Source: Sumerlaeia bacterium (GTDB taxonomy: Bacteria > Sumerlaeota > Sumerlaeia > SLMS01 > JAHLLQ01). Taken from it: a stretch of 64,000 bases of DNA. This document shows positions 40,538-50,808 of this stretch, in pieces (position 1 is the stretch's first letter; each line of letters starts with the position of its first letter). The position numbers and the translations under genes are program-made. Below the pieces are notes generated by a model. That model was not told the DNA's origin, made no database searches, and saw nothing but the letters and a program-made list of their open reading frames with translations. The DNA is taken from assembly GCA_040219255.1 (NCBI GenBank), contig JAVJSW010000030.1:17794-81793 (forward strand). The letters run 5' to 3'.

Positions 40538-41026
40538 ATGCTATCTTCTGGCTCGCTGCGCCAAATCTTGTGCCTCCGTTCTCTCGCGGCCGCCGCCGTT
40601 CTGTGCGGACTGTGCGGCTGCGTGCGCACCAAGGTCCTCGTCACGAGCGATCCCCCCGGCGCGGACGTGACGATGAACAGCGTCCACCTGGGACGCACGC
40701 CGGTCGAGCAGCCCTTCGCCTGGTTCTGGTACTATGACTTTCTTGCGGAGAAGGAGGGCTTCGAGCCGGCCGTCTCCCGCGAACGCTTTCGCGCTCCGCT
40801 CTACCTGGTCCCGCCGATGGACCTGGTGATGGAGATGATGCCGTTTCCCGTGACGCATACGCGGCGCGTGCATTTGGCGCTGGAGGAACGCGACGTGCGC
40901 CCCGATCCGGAGATGGCGCTCTCGGATGAAGCCGAGTCCCGCGGCGAGTTACCCCCCTCGCCCACCGCGGCTTACCCGGCCATTCCCTCGGCGATTCCCG
41001 CGCCGGAAACGGACGGGCCGCAATGA
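40538..41026 (+). CDS. PEGA-domain lipoprotein
   Basis: Lipobox LCGC; VTSDPPGADV...LGRTP. Confidence 0.75.
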   Translation: MLSSGSLRQILCLRSLAAAAVLCGLCGCVRTKVLVTSDPPGADVTMNSVHLGRTPVEQPFAWFWYYDFLAEKEGFEPAVSRERFRAPLYLVPPMDLVMEMMPFPVTHTRRVHLALEERDVRPDPEMALSDEAESRGELPPSPTAAYPAIPSAIPAPETDGPQ

Positions 41027-42774
41027 CCGCTTCGAAAGATGCCCCACGCCTGGTATCCCGCGCCCCGCAGGAAGGTCTGCCAGAGTTCTTCGAATTGAAG
41101 GACACGAACACCGTCGGCCGCCACCCGAGCAACACGATCACCATCCCGCTGGACAGCATTTCCCGCTTTCACGCCCGCGTCGATCAGCGCGGCAAATTCT
41201 TCATTATTCAGGACCTGAACTCCTCCAACGGGACCTTCGTGAACGGCGAGCGCATTACCCAGATGACGCTCAATAACAACGACGCGGTGACTTTTGGCGC
41301 CATCGAGTTTCTTTTCGTGAACGACCGCGATAAGTCGAGCGGCTTTGGCCGGGGCGACGAGAGCGCGCTTTCGATCGTGGATATCCGCGACGACCGCCAG
41401 GACGCTTACAAACCCCGCACCGAAAGCATCATCCGCAGCGAGGACACGAAAGACCCGTCCTCGGTGATGGCCGAGGCCAGCAGCCGCACCGCCGACAAGC
41501 AGACGCTGATGCGGCTGAACAACCGGCTTTCGACGCTTTTCCGTTTGTCGGAAATGCTGCGGCAGGGCGAGGGGCTCTCCGAAGCGGACATCGTGGAGCG
41601 AACGCTGGACCTGATCTTCGACGCCGTGGTCGCCGACCGGGCGGTGGTGATGACGCGGACGTCGCCCGATGTGGACGATTTGGACGTGGCGGCGGTGCGT
41701 TACCGCGACCAGCCGATCGTGGCGGAGAAGAAAGTGTCCATTTCGCGGACGATCCTGGAGCAAGTGACGGAGCAGCGGGTGGCGATCCTCTCGCGCGATT
41801 CGATGCAGGACGACCGTTTCGAGGCCAGCGAGTCCATCGTGCTCAACAAAGTGCGCGCGGTGATGTGCGTGCCGATGGTTCGGCGCGACCGGGTGCTGGG
41901 GGTGGTTCACCTGGAGACGACGAGCACCTCGCGCACGTTCAGCCGCGACGACCTGGAATTCGTGCATATCATCGCCACGGAGCTTTGCGCGGCGCTGGAG
42001 AACATGCGCCTGCGCAAGGACGCGGAGCACCGCGAGCGGCTGGCCGCCGTCGGCGAGGCGATGGCCGGGGTCAGCCACAATATCAAGAATATCCTGCTGC
42101 TCATGCAGGGCGGCAGCGACCTGCTCTCCCGCTCTTTCGACAAGAACGATCTGGAGGGAGCCCAGGATTCGTGGGGCGTGGTGGCGCGGGGCATCGAGAA
42201 GATCGGCCGCCTGGTGAAGGAAATGCTGAATTATTCGAGTCAGCGGGCCCCCGACCTGACGATGGTGGATCTGAACGATCTGATTTGTGCCACCGCCGAG
42301 GAAATCCAGGAGGAAGTGCTCAACAAGGGCGTGACCTTGGAACTCGACCTGGACGAGCGCATCACGCCGCGGCCGCTCGACGAGCCCGGGCTCTCGCGCA
42401 CGCTGGCGAACCTGATCGTCAATTCGATGGAAGCGATCAGCCACAACGAGGGCGAAATCGTCGTGACGACACAGTTGAAGGACGACGCGGCCAAGACGAT
42501 CCAACTGACGGTGCGCGACAACGGGCACGGAATCCCGCAGGAGAAGCTCGACAAGATCTTCATGCCCTTCTTCACCACGAAGGGTTCGAAGGGCACCGGT
42601 CTGGGTCTGCCGATGTGCAAGAAAGTGGTCGAGGACATGGGCGGGACCATGCGCGTCGAATCGGAGGAAGGCATTGGCACCGCTTTCGTGATCACCTTGC
42701 CTCGCCTCGATGACTCCGCGACCCAGCTCGACGACAAGGACACGGACGCGGAGAGCGAAAGCGACTCGTACTAA
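41023..42774 (+). CDS. Cytoplasmic FHA-GAF sensor histidine kinase
   Basis: FHA VGR...ISR.HA...SSNGTFVNG; GAF MCVPM; H-box AGVSHNIKN; NL..N, DNG.GI, FFTTK..GTGLGL. Confidence 0.92.
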   Translation: MTASKDAPRLVSRAPQEGLPEFFELKDTNTVGRHPSNTITIPLDSISRFHARVDQRGKFFIIQDLNSSNGTFVNGERITQMTLNNNDAVTFGAIEFLFVNDRDKSSGFGRGDESALSIVDIRDDRQDAYKPRTESIIRSEDTKDPSSVMAEASSRTADKQTLMRLNNRLSTLFRLSEMLRQGEGLSEADIVERTLDLIFDAVVADRAVVMTRTSPDVDDLDVAAVRYRDQPIVAEKKVSISRTILEQVTEQRVAILSRDSMQDDRFEASESIVLNKVRAVMCVPMVRRDRVLGVVHLETTSTSRTFSRDDLEFVHIIATELCAALENMRLRKDAEHRERLAAVGEAMAGVSHNIKNILLLMQGGSDLLSRSFDKNDLEGAQDSWGVVARGIEKIGRLVKEMLNYSSQRAPDLTMVDLNDLICATAEEIQEEVLNKGVTLELDLDERITPRPLDEPGLSRTLANLIVNSMEAISHNEGEIVVTTQLKDDAAKTIQLTVRDNGHGIPQEKLDKIFMPFFTTKGSKGTGLGLPMCKKVVEDMGGTMRVESEEGIGTAFVITLPRLDDSATQLDDKDTDAESESDSY

Positions 42775-42796
42775 CCCTGCCACCCGTTGGTCATTG

Positions 42797-44497
42797 ATGA
42801 TCCCTCGATTTTTGAAAACCCTGGCTCTCGTGGGAGCCTTCTGCCTCATTCTGGCCGGCCGGCTCGCCGCCGAAACGACGTCCTGGCCCATTTACGCCGA
42901 GACCGACGATCTCGCCACGAGCACCACCGAGCGCTGGATCGTCTGGCCCTTCCTGCATGCGCGCGAAAATTCCGAGGAGAGCCTGCGGGCCCTCCATCCG
43001 CTCTACTCCCGCCATCGCGACAAGGCCACCAGCGAGACGTATACGAGCGTCCTCTGGCCATTTCTCCGGTCTCGCTATCGGCCGGAAACGCCGAGCGCCA
43101 CCCAGCGCACGTCTCTCTCCATCGAGCCAATCCTCTACAGCACCACCGGCCGCGAGAAGATTTCCGGCGAGCCCTTTTACTACCAATACCTGCTGCCGTT
43201 CTTTTTTCGCGGCGGCCAGGGCGGCACGTCGTCCGGCGCGACGGACCGGAAGTACACCGTGTTTTTCCCCTTCATCTGGTACGCGAACGACGCGAAGGTT
43301 GTGATCCCAACCTTTCCGAAGAGCCGTCCTCAATCCTTCCAGGCCTTCTGGCCCTTCGTCGGGGCCTTTCGGGGTTACTGGAATCGCGACCTGATCGAGT
43401 TCATCGCCTGGCCCTTCTACGTTCATAGCGTGGACAGTTCCGGCATCGACCAGTTCGAGAAAACCAGCGTTGTCTGGCCGTTCCTGTCAAAGTACAGCGG
43501 CGACCCGGCGGCGCAAAACGAAGGCGCTGGCGGGGGAGGGATCGGCGGCTGGGGCTTCTGGCCCTTCTACCACCGGGTCGAAAAAGAAGGCGAGTTTTTC
43601 CGCGCGTCGTTCCTCTGGCCGCTGGGCCACCGGCGCACGGGCCGCATCAGCGAGAAGAACCTGAACGAGCAGGACGTGACGCTGTTCCTGCCTTTCTACG
43701 GAAAAGTGCGCCGCCCGAATTTCGATTACGATATGGTTTTTCCTGTTTACGGTAAGCTTTCCATGAAGGGCCGGGAAGTGCGTGGCTATGGCCTTGGCTT
43801 CTATAACGAAGACGACAATTATCGCACCGGCGTCCGCGAGCATCGCCTTGCGTGGTTCATCGGCCGCTGGACCAGTGACATCGAGAAGCGCCCGGAAGTC
43901 GCCCAGGAGCGGGCAGACCCGATGCGCGGTGGCGGTGTCTTCCCATTCTACCTCGACTACGAAAACGACTCGGGAACAAAAACCCGCAAGACCATCGTAT
44001 GGCCCTTCTATACCCATAAGTACACGAAGTACATCGATGGCGAAGAATGGGACCGAACCTATTTAGCGCCCTTCTACACCAATCGCGTTCGGACGACGCC
44101 CGATGGTTTGACGACGCGAAAGAAGTTCGTTTTCCCGTTCTTCCGCTCCACCAAGCAGACCGACGGCACGGTGAAGCGCAACTGGCTGCACTTGTTCCCC
44201 TACACCGACAGCCCGCCGATGGATCGCCATTGGGCGCCGCTGTGGACGGTTTACGACCGGTATGAGGACCCGAGCACCGGCGCCGAAGGTCTGGACGTCG
44301 CTGGGGGCCTTTATCAGAACGAAACGGACGGCGCGGGGACGTGGCGTAAGAAGCTGGAAATGCTGGTCTTCAGCACCGAAAAGAAAGACGCGCCGGACCA
44401 GCCCCGGGAAGTCCACACCCAACTCTTCTGGGGGCTGGCTGGTTATCACAAGGTGGGCGAGAAGGAGCAGACGGAACTGCTCTGGATGAAGTTTTAG
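42797..44497 (+). CDS. Secreted protein with about 20 'WPF/FPF' repeats
   Basis: Signal peptide; recurring IVWPFL, AFWPFV, IAWPFY, GFWPFY, VFPFY; terminal Phe. Confidence 0.8.
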   Translation: MIPRFLKTLALVGAFCLILAGRLAAETTSWPIYAETDDLATSTTERWIVWPFLHARENSEESLRALHPLYSRHRDKATSETYTSVLWPFLRSRYRPETPSATQRTSLSIEPILYSTTGREKISGEPFYYQYLLPFFFRGGQGGTSSGATDRKYTVFFPFIWYANDAKVVIPTFPKSRPQSFQAFWPFVGAFRGYWNRDLIEFIAWPFYVHSVDSSGIDQFEKTSVVWPFLSKYSGDPAAQNEGAGGGGIGGWGFWPFYHRVEKEGEFFRASFLWPLGHRRTGRISEKNLNEQDVTLFLPFYGKVRRPNFDYDMVFPVYGKLSMKGREVRGYGLGFYNEDDNYRTGVREHRLAWFIGRWTSDIEKRPEVAQERADPMRGGGVFPFYLDYENDSGTKTRKTIVWPFYTHKYTKYIDGEEWDRTYLAPFYTNRVRTTPDGLTTRKKFVFPFFRSTKQTDGTVKRNWLHLFPYTDSPPMDRHWAPLWTVYDRYEDPSTGAEGLDVAGGLYQNETDGAGTWRKKLEMLVFSTEKKDAPDQPREVHTQLFWGLAGYHKVGEKEQTELLWMKF

Positions 44498-44498
44498 G

Positions 44499-47400
44499 CT
44501 ACTCCCCGTTTCGCTCCCGCACCCGTCGCTCTTCGGCTTTGACGCGGTTGCGAAGGAAGCCGTAGCCGAGCCCCGCGACGATCGTCAGCAACCCGACGCC
44601 GAGGAAGGCGATGGCTTTGGTCATGGTGTCGCTGCCCTCCAGCTCCACCAGGAAAATCCGCAAGATCGCCATCCCGAGCAGCACCAGTCCGGCCCCGCGC
44701 AGGGTCTTGTCCTTGACCGCGAAGCCCGCCGCCAACGACGCGACGGCGATCCCGCCCCAGGTTACCGTCACCAGATTTCGGGGAATCAGGACCTCGGTGC
44801 TGAGGAACAGCACGATCAGGCCCACGCCGGTACCGGTGATCCAGTGGCCACCGGCCTCTTCCTCCAGCGAAGGGGCGTTCCCGGCCGGGCGGCGGCTCCA
44901 CACAAAGCGCAGGGCCTGCGCGGCGAGGAGTAACCCGCCGCCAACAACGAGTCCCAGCTGGGCTTCTCCGAGAGTGGTCGATCGATCCTCGAAAGCGGAT
45001 AGGATGAACAGCAACGGCACCGCGCCGCACAATCCCATGCCCCAGTAGATGGCGGCCTGACTGCGGCGCCACAGCCCCAACGCCAGCAGCCCCGCGCCCA
45101 CGGGCAGCAGCACCGCCGTGGAACCGACCTCCAGCCGCCCGTGCACCAGGATGGCGGCGGAGATCGTGATGAGAGCGCCGCCAGCGGTGATGGCTTCAAG
45201 GATGCGAGGACGGGACTCGGCGGGGCGGAGCGTGCTTCGCAGCCAAACCCCGAGCAGGGCGGCCGCGATCACCGAGGCCGAGACCAAGCTGTCGCGGGCG
45301 TCGAGAGAGACCGCGACGAGGACTCCGTAGCCGACGAGCAGTACCCCCGCCAGCACACCAACCCGAGCCCACGCAAGCGGCGCCAGGTCCCGGCGGACGG
45401 TTCCTTCTTCTGCCAGATCGCCGACGAAAGCGGGCAGCGCGGGCAGCCGGTTGAAGAGCAGTTCGGCGGCGATGAAGGCGCCCCCGCAAAACGCCAGCGC
45501 CAGGCCCAGCATGGGCTCCGTGCTCTCGACCGTCCGATACGTCCACGGCAAGAACCCGACCCCGATCCCGGCGGCGAAGAGGCAGAAGATCGTGCTCTCG
45601 AACGGCGAGCGCGCCCGGCGCGCCAGAGAGTTCAGCAATCCCAGCATAATCAGCGCCAGCGTCCAGAGCACCATGGCCTCGCCGCTCGTCAGACCTTCCC
45701 AGGCCTGTATGTTCGAAGAGAGCATCGCCAGGCCGAGCAACACCGCCGCGGCGAGGCTCCAGGCACGCGCCCGCAGGAACAGCCGGCCGCCCAGCAGCAC
45801 CAGTCCCACAAGGAACACGGCCGCCACATTCTGCGCGTTCGTCCAGTTCGTTTGGAATAAGACCACCAGTGCCACCAGCGCCGCCGCCAGGACCCGCAGT
45901 CGGCCGGACAGACTCTCGAGCGCGCGAACGGACGCGTGCTCGGTCCAGGGCCTCGGCCGTGGCCGCAGCAACTCCCAAGGCAGAGCCGACGCCGCGATCA
46001 TCGCCAAAGGCGCCAGAGCGATCAGGACCTCCAGGTTCGTCAGCGGGCCTCCGCCGCCATAGGAGAAAATCGCCAGCCCTGCCGACCCGATGCTGAGCGG
46101 CCGCAGCAGCGCGATGTCCTTGGCCCAGGACGCCGCGACCGCCACCGCCAGGGTCAACGCGGCCAGCGCGGCGGCTTCTCCGATGCCGGTGAACTGTGTC
46201 ACCAGCGCCGCCGTCGCCAAGCCAAAGGCCGTGACGGCGTGGAACGCGGACAGGTCGCCGCGCGAGAGCGACGGCACCAGCAGGCGGGCGCCCTCCAGTG
46301 CGGCGAGGCCGTAAAGCACCCATTGCACCTGAGCCCAATAAACATCCGTGTGCCACAGCAGGAACAGCGATGTCGCGATCAGGCCGATGGAATTGAGCAT
46401 CGAGAAGCTGAGCGAGTAGGGGAGCAGGCCTGCCGGCAGGGCGGGCACGGCGTCGTGGTCCGGGGCGGCTTCCATGGCGCGTTCGCGGGCCATCCAGACG
46501 CGGCCCCACTTCCAGAACGCGGCGGTGAAGACAACATGATAGGCCACGATGGCGCCCAGGTGCGCGAGGGTCTCGCCCGCGCCCGCCACCGGCGAGAGGA
46601 ACCACAGCGCCGCCGTGGAACCATAGGCGCCGATCAGCGTGAACGCTGTCAGGGCGCGCCATTCCTCCGTGATGAGCAGCCACCCCGCCGCCGCCGCGAG
46701 CACCAGCAGCGGCAAGAGTGCCAGCGGCCCGGCCGTCGAAGCCGAAAGCAGCACCGCCAAAACCGCCAGGGCGAACCCGAAAATGGCGGTGGCTTGTGAT
46801 TGCCAGCGCTTCGCCAGCCCCACGAAACCCGCCGCCAACACCCCCATCAGCACCAGCGAAACGGGGCGGGGAAAGGCCTGCATGGCGGGCAGGTAGCCGC
46901 CCGCGAAGGCCGTGAAATAGGCCAGCGCCAGACCCACGGCGGCTGTCGCACGGCCGATCAAATCGTGCCTCTTGCGCACGAAATAGCCGCCGCCAATGAT
47001 CAGCGCCGACAGAGCGAAGCTCGCCAGCGTGCGCGTCATCGGCGAAATCCGAGGCACCGCCAGCGTCGCCATGATCGCCGCGCCGATCAGCACCAGCGGC
47101 CCCCCGATCCACGGCAGCAGCTTCGCGAAGTTGAGTTCCCAGCCGGCTTCCGTCTTCTCCGGATCGGCGGCGGGCGGTAACGCCGGAGGCCCAGCCGCAG
47201 CAGGACCTTCGGCCTCCTTTTCCTTGCCGAAGTAGCTCGCCACCCTCGGCGGCAGGGGCGGCGGCGTGGCAGGTTGGGGCGGTTGCCAGGCCGGAGCGGC
47301 GACTGGCTCGGGAACGGGGATGGGCGGCGGCGCATCCACCACCTGGCTTCGCTCTTCGGCGGGGGCGGGTTTGGGCGGTGATGTGGGTACGGGGAACGGT

Positions 47401-47630
47401 CCGGTGGGAATCGCTGGCGCCCCGCCCCGGGGCAGCGGGGGAGGCACAGCCGCCATCTTGGCCGCAACGGGCGGCGCCGCCGCAGACAACTCCGGTTCGT
47501 CTTCACCCAGATAATAGGGAAAGACGGCCTCGATTTTCTGGAGCTTCAGCTCCAGCGCGGCGACGCGGCGGCCGTTGGAAAAGAGGGCTTCCTGGAGTTT
47601 CTCCGGCGGGAGCAATTGGGGCGACGGCAT
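44499..47630 (-). CDS. DUF2339-like polytopic membrane protein
   Basis: Pro-rich linker, WE..F...L.WIGG, many TM helices, C-terminal R..GL.LL...I..IF..L..; SD GGAGG. Confidence 0.8.
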   Translation of the reverse strand: MPSPQLLPPEKLQEALFSNGRRVAALELKLQKIEAVFPYYLGEDEPELSAAAPPVAAKMAAVPPPLPRGGAPAIPTGPFPVPTSPPKPAPAEERSQVVDAPPPIPVPEPVAAPAWQPPQPATPPPLPPRVASYFGKEKEAEGPAAAGPPALPPAADPEKTEAGWELNFAKLLPWIGGPLVLIGAAIMATLAVPRISPMTRTLASFALSALIIGGGYFVRKRHDLIGRATAAVGLALAYFTAFAGGYLPAMQAFPRPVSLVLMGVLAAGFVGLAKRWQSQATAIFGFALAVLAVLLSASTAGPLALLPLLVLAAAAGWLLITEEWRALTAFTLIGAYGSTAALWFLSPVAGAGETLAHLGAIVAYHVVFTAAFWKWGRVWMARERAMEAAPDHDAVPALPAGLLPYSLSFSMLNSIGLIATSLFLLWHTDVYWAQVQWVLYGLAALEGARLLVPSLSRGDLSAFHAVTAFGLATAALVTQFTGIGEAAALAALTLAVAVAASWAKDIALLRPLSIGSAGLAIFSYGGGGPLTNLEVLIALAPLAMIAASALPWELLRPRPRPWTEHASVRALESLSGRLRVLAAALVALVVLFQTNWTNAQNVAAVFLVGLVLLGGRLFLRARAWSLAAAVLLGLAMLSSNIQAWEGLTSGEAMVLWTLALIMLGLLNSLARRARSPFESTIFCLFAAGIGVGFLPWTYRTVESTEPMLGLALAFCGGAFIAAELLFNRLPALPAFVGDLAEEGTVRRDLAPLAWARVGVLAGVLLVGYGVLVAVSLDARDSLVSASVIAAALLGVWLRSTLRPAESRPRILEAITAGGALITISAAILVHGRLEVGSTAVLLPVGAGLLALGLWRRSQAAIYWGMGLCGAVPLLFILSAFEDRSTTLGEAQLGLVVGGGLLLAAQALRFVWSRRPAGNAPSLEEEAGGHWITGTGVGLIVLFLSTEVLIPRNLVTVTWGGIAVASLAAGFAVKDKTLRGAGLVLLGMAILRIFLVELEGSDTMTKAIAFLGVGLLTIVAGLGYGFLRNRVKAEERRVRERNGE

Positions 47631-47749
47631 GGGTGCCTCCTCGTGAACGGGCCCGCGAACGAACCCGGTTGAATACGATAGCGGCACCCTCGGCCACTGG
47701 ATTGAGGGTGGTCAAGAGAAAAAGTAAACGATCGTTTTCTAATTTTTAC

Positions 47750-48634
47750 TCAGACCTGTCCCACCCAGTTGTTATCGTGGTCGGAAAAGGCGTGGCGCAC
47801 GCCAGCAACGATCTCCGGCGAGAGCGCCCCCCGGGCGGCGATCTGCGCGTTGCGTGCGAAGTTCTCCGTCTTCGACGTGCCCACGATCACCGAATCGACG
47901 TAGTCGTGGAAGGCGGCGAAGCGCAGGGCGAACTCGTCCCAATCCAGGCCGTCCGGCGGGCGCAGGCCCATGGATTTGGCGCGGAGCCAGTATTCCTCGG
48001 CGTATTGGCCGTGGGGCTGGTCGTCAAAACGCCAGAAAGCGTTGGCGATGGGGCGTTTGCCGATCACGCCCATGCCCTTCGCCTTGGCCATGGGGGCGTC
48101 GTTGCGGGCGGATCGTTGATCGCAGAGGTTCACGGAAAACTGCACGCTGCCAAAGGCTCCGCTGGCGATGGCGTATTGCAGGGCGTCGTTCTCGCCGCTG
48201 TAAGCCGCGACGCGGATTTTGCCCTTTTCGCGGCATCGATTCAGCGCCTCCGCCACCTCGCCCCGCTCCAGGACGTCCTTCGGGCAACTGTGCAGGTGCA
48301 TGATGTCGATGCGGTCGGTTTGCAGGAGCCGCAGCGCCTCGTCCACGCCCGCCTCGATGATTCCGGCGGTCCAGTCGCCGTGGCCATCGATGCCGTAGCC
48401 GCATTTGCTCGACAGCACGAACTCGTCGCGGCGGTGCTTGAGGTGCCGGCCGATGCGCTCTTCGCTCATGCCATAGCCGCGGGCCGTGTCGATGAGCGTA
48501 CATCCGGCGTCGAGGACGGCGCCGAGGAGCCGCTCCACATCGACCTCGCTCTGATCCGGCGACCCGATATGTCCGGCGCCGAAGCCGACGACGGAGACGC
48601 GCAGGCCGCTCTTTCCAAAGTCGCGTTGTTCCAT
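47750..48634 (-). CDS. Aldo/keto reductase
   Basis: G.SGL.VS..G.G, IDTA..YG.SE..IG, SKCG, L..L.TD.ID...LH. Confidence 0.92.
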   Translation of the reverse strand: MEQRDFGKSGLRVSVVGFGAGHIGSPDQSEVDVERLLGAVLDAGCTLIDTARGYGMSEERIGRHLKHRRDEFVLSSKCGYGIDGHGDWTAGIIEAGVDEALRLLQTDRIDIMHLHSCPKDVLERGEVAEALNRCREKGKIRVAAYSGENDALQYAIASGAFGSVQFSVNLCDQRSARNDAPMAKAKGMGVIGKRPIANAFWRFDDQPHGQYAEEYWLRAKSMGLRPPDGLDWDEFALRFAAFHDYVDSVIVGTSKTENFARNAQIAARGALSPEIVAGVRHAFSDHDNNWVGQV

Positions 48635-49153
48635 GCAAGTATCCTCTGAGTTACGAATGGGATTGATGGAGCCAGATGACGAGAGGCGGCGCGGGGACGC
48701 GAGGGGAATCAGGCGGGGAATGCAGGTGGTGTGAGTGACTCTTTAATTCACCACAGAGCCACCGAGAGTATAGAGAAAATTGGGGATATTGGAGTTGAGT
48801 AGAAGGATATTGAGAAGCGAACCCTCGTGCGAGTGGCTCCCGAAGCCACAGAGCATTCTTTCGCGAAAGGGCCAAAGATCGAGAATAAGGCACACGACTC
48901 GGCAAGTTTGTCGATTTCGAGAGAAAAGAAGCCTGACAACAGGAGGTGGTAAAATTACGTGCCTTTGATATTACGAGATTTAGACATAAGTATCGCATCA
49001 GAGATTTGAGGGCTTCTATGAAAAATCTTTCCATCGCGGCGCTTTGGGGTCAAAGGATCGCCGTGGTCCGAAAGTTCTCGCCCAAAAAGCTTGCGCCAAT
49101 TGTCCGTCCCTCCAAGTGTCGTGGAGAATTCCCAACGATGGAGCGAGATTGCC

Positions 49154-49366
49154 ATGAACATCAACAACGCCTTGGACAAAGCCTACGAGGGCAAGCCCTT
49201 GAAAGAACTCGTGAACGCCCCGGTGGATGCCCTTCAGGGCGTGAGCGCGGGCGATGCGGAGCACCTGAAGGCGGCCTTCAACGTGAAGACCATCGGCGAC
49301 TTGGCGAAGCTGAAGTATGTCAAGTGGGCTCAAGCGATTGTGGCTTTGGCCGACACGGAAGAATAA
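49154..49366 (+). CDS. Conserved 70-aa hypothetical protein (HhH-like)
   Basis: SD GGAG; LDKAYE.K.L.EL..APV.ALQGVS..DAE.LK.AF.VKTI.DLA. Confidence 0.8.
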   Translation: MNINNALDKAYEGKPLKELVNAPVDALQGVSAGDAEHLKAAFNVKTIGDLAKLKYVKWAQAIVALADTEE

Positions 49367-49373
49367 GCTCGTT

Positions 49374-50669
49374 TCAAGCCTCGAACTTGAGCAGACAGTA
49401 GCGTTTCTTGCCGGCCCGCAGGACGATGGCGCCACCCGCCAGAAGGTCCGCGCAGGTCAGGGTCGGTTTGTCCTCCGCGAGGGGCTCGTCGTTCAGGTAG
49501 ATTCCTCCCTGGGCACGTAGCCTCTTCGCGTCTTTGTTGCTGCTGGCGAGGCCGGCGGCGACGAGAGCTTCGATCACTGTCATGCCGTCGCCGTCGAGCT
49601 TCCGCGCCTCCAGCACGACCGTCGGGGCGTTGGCGCAGGCCTGACGCAGTTCGTCTTCCGACATTTCCGCCACGCCCTTGCGATAGATGGCGTCGCTGGT
49701 TTCGGCGGCTTTGCGAGCTTCCGCTTCGCCGTGGATCAAGGTCGTGACCTCCAGGGCGAGGCGCTTTTGCCCAGTGCGTTTGCCCGGGTCGCGCTGGTGT
49801 TCGGCGGCGATTTCCACGATGTCGCCGAGCGGCAGGAAGGTGAAGAGCTTGAGGAAGCGCTCGACGTCGCGGTCGTCGCTGCGCACCCAGTACTGGTAGA
49901 AATCGAACACGCTGGTGCGTGCCGGATCGAGCCAGATGGCGCCCGCTTCCGTTTTGCCAAGCTTCTGGCCGGTGGCGGTCAGCAACAGCGGGAAGGTGAT
50001 CCCGAAGGCGCTCTTGCCGCCGGTCTTGCGGATCAACTCGATCCCGGCGGTGATATTGCCCCATTGGTCGCCGCCGCCGCACTGCACCTGGCAGTCTTCG
50101 TTTTCCAGCAGCCACTTGAAATCGTAGGCCTGGAGAAGCTGGTAGCTGAATTCGGTGTAGCTGATGCCGGCTTCCGATTCGAGGCGTTTGCGCACCGAGT
50201 CCTTGCCGAGCATTTCGCCCAGGCGGAAGTTCTTGCCGACATCGCGCAGGAAGGCGATGAAGCTCATGGGCCCGATCCAGTCGGCGTTGTTGACCACCTT
50301 GGAGTTGGCCGGGTCGATGTAGCGTTCGAGGGTGGCGCGCACGCCGGCGACGTTTTTCTCGATGGTGGCGGCGTCGAGCAGGTTGCGCTCGGCGTTCTTG
50401 CCGCTCGGATCGCCGATCATGCCGGTGGCGCCGCCCACGAGGGCGACGGGCCGATGGCCGGCGCGCTGGAAGTGAACGAGCCCCATGATCGGCACGAGGC
50501 TGCCGATGTGGAGGCTGTCGGCGGTCGGATCGAACCCGCAATAGACGCTGATGCTTTCCTCGGCGGTCAGCTTGCGAAAGCCGTCCACGTCGGTGCAGTC
50601 CTGGATAAAGCCGCGGGCCTCCAGGGTGGCGTAGATGTCTTGCGTCGTGGGGGAGAGTTCGGTCGTCAT
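49374..50669 (-). CDS. tyrS: Tyrosine--tRNA ligase
   Basis: YCGFDPTADSLHIG, EFSYQLLQAYDF, GG.DQWGNI, KLGKT, S4 domain with GKK. Confidence 0.98.
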   Translation of the reverse strand: MTTELSPTTQDIYATLEARGFIQDCTDVDGFRKLTAEESISVYCGFDPTADSLHIGSLVPIMGLVHFQRAGHRPVALVGGATGMIGDPSGKNAERNLLDAATIEKNVAGVRATLERYIDPANSKVVNNADWIGPMSFIAFLRDVGKNFRLGEMLGKDSVRKRLESEAGISYTEFSYQLLQAYDFKWLLENEDCQVQCGGGDQWGNITAGIELIRKTGGKSAFGITFPLLLTATGQKLGKTEAGAIWLDPARTSVFDFYQYWVRSDDRDVERFLKLFTFLPLGDIVEIAAEHQRDPGKRTGQKRLALEVTTLIHGEAEARKAAETSDAIYRKGVAEMSEDELRQACANAPTVVLEARKLDGDGMTVIEALVAAGLASSNKDAKRLRAQGGIYLNDEPLAEDKPTLTCADLLAGGAIVLRAGKKRYCLLKFEA

Positions 50670-50808
50670 GGGTCCGTTCGCGTCGAAGTGAATTCGGGAC
50701 CGTGGGTTTGCGAGAGAGGCGGGGGGTCTGTCAACGAGACATGCGGCGCGGGCGCGCCCGGGAATTGCTTCGATGGCGGGCGCGAGTCTTCAAACGGAAG
50801 AGAAACTT

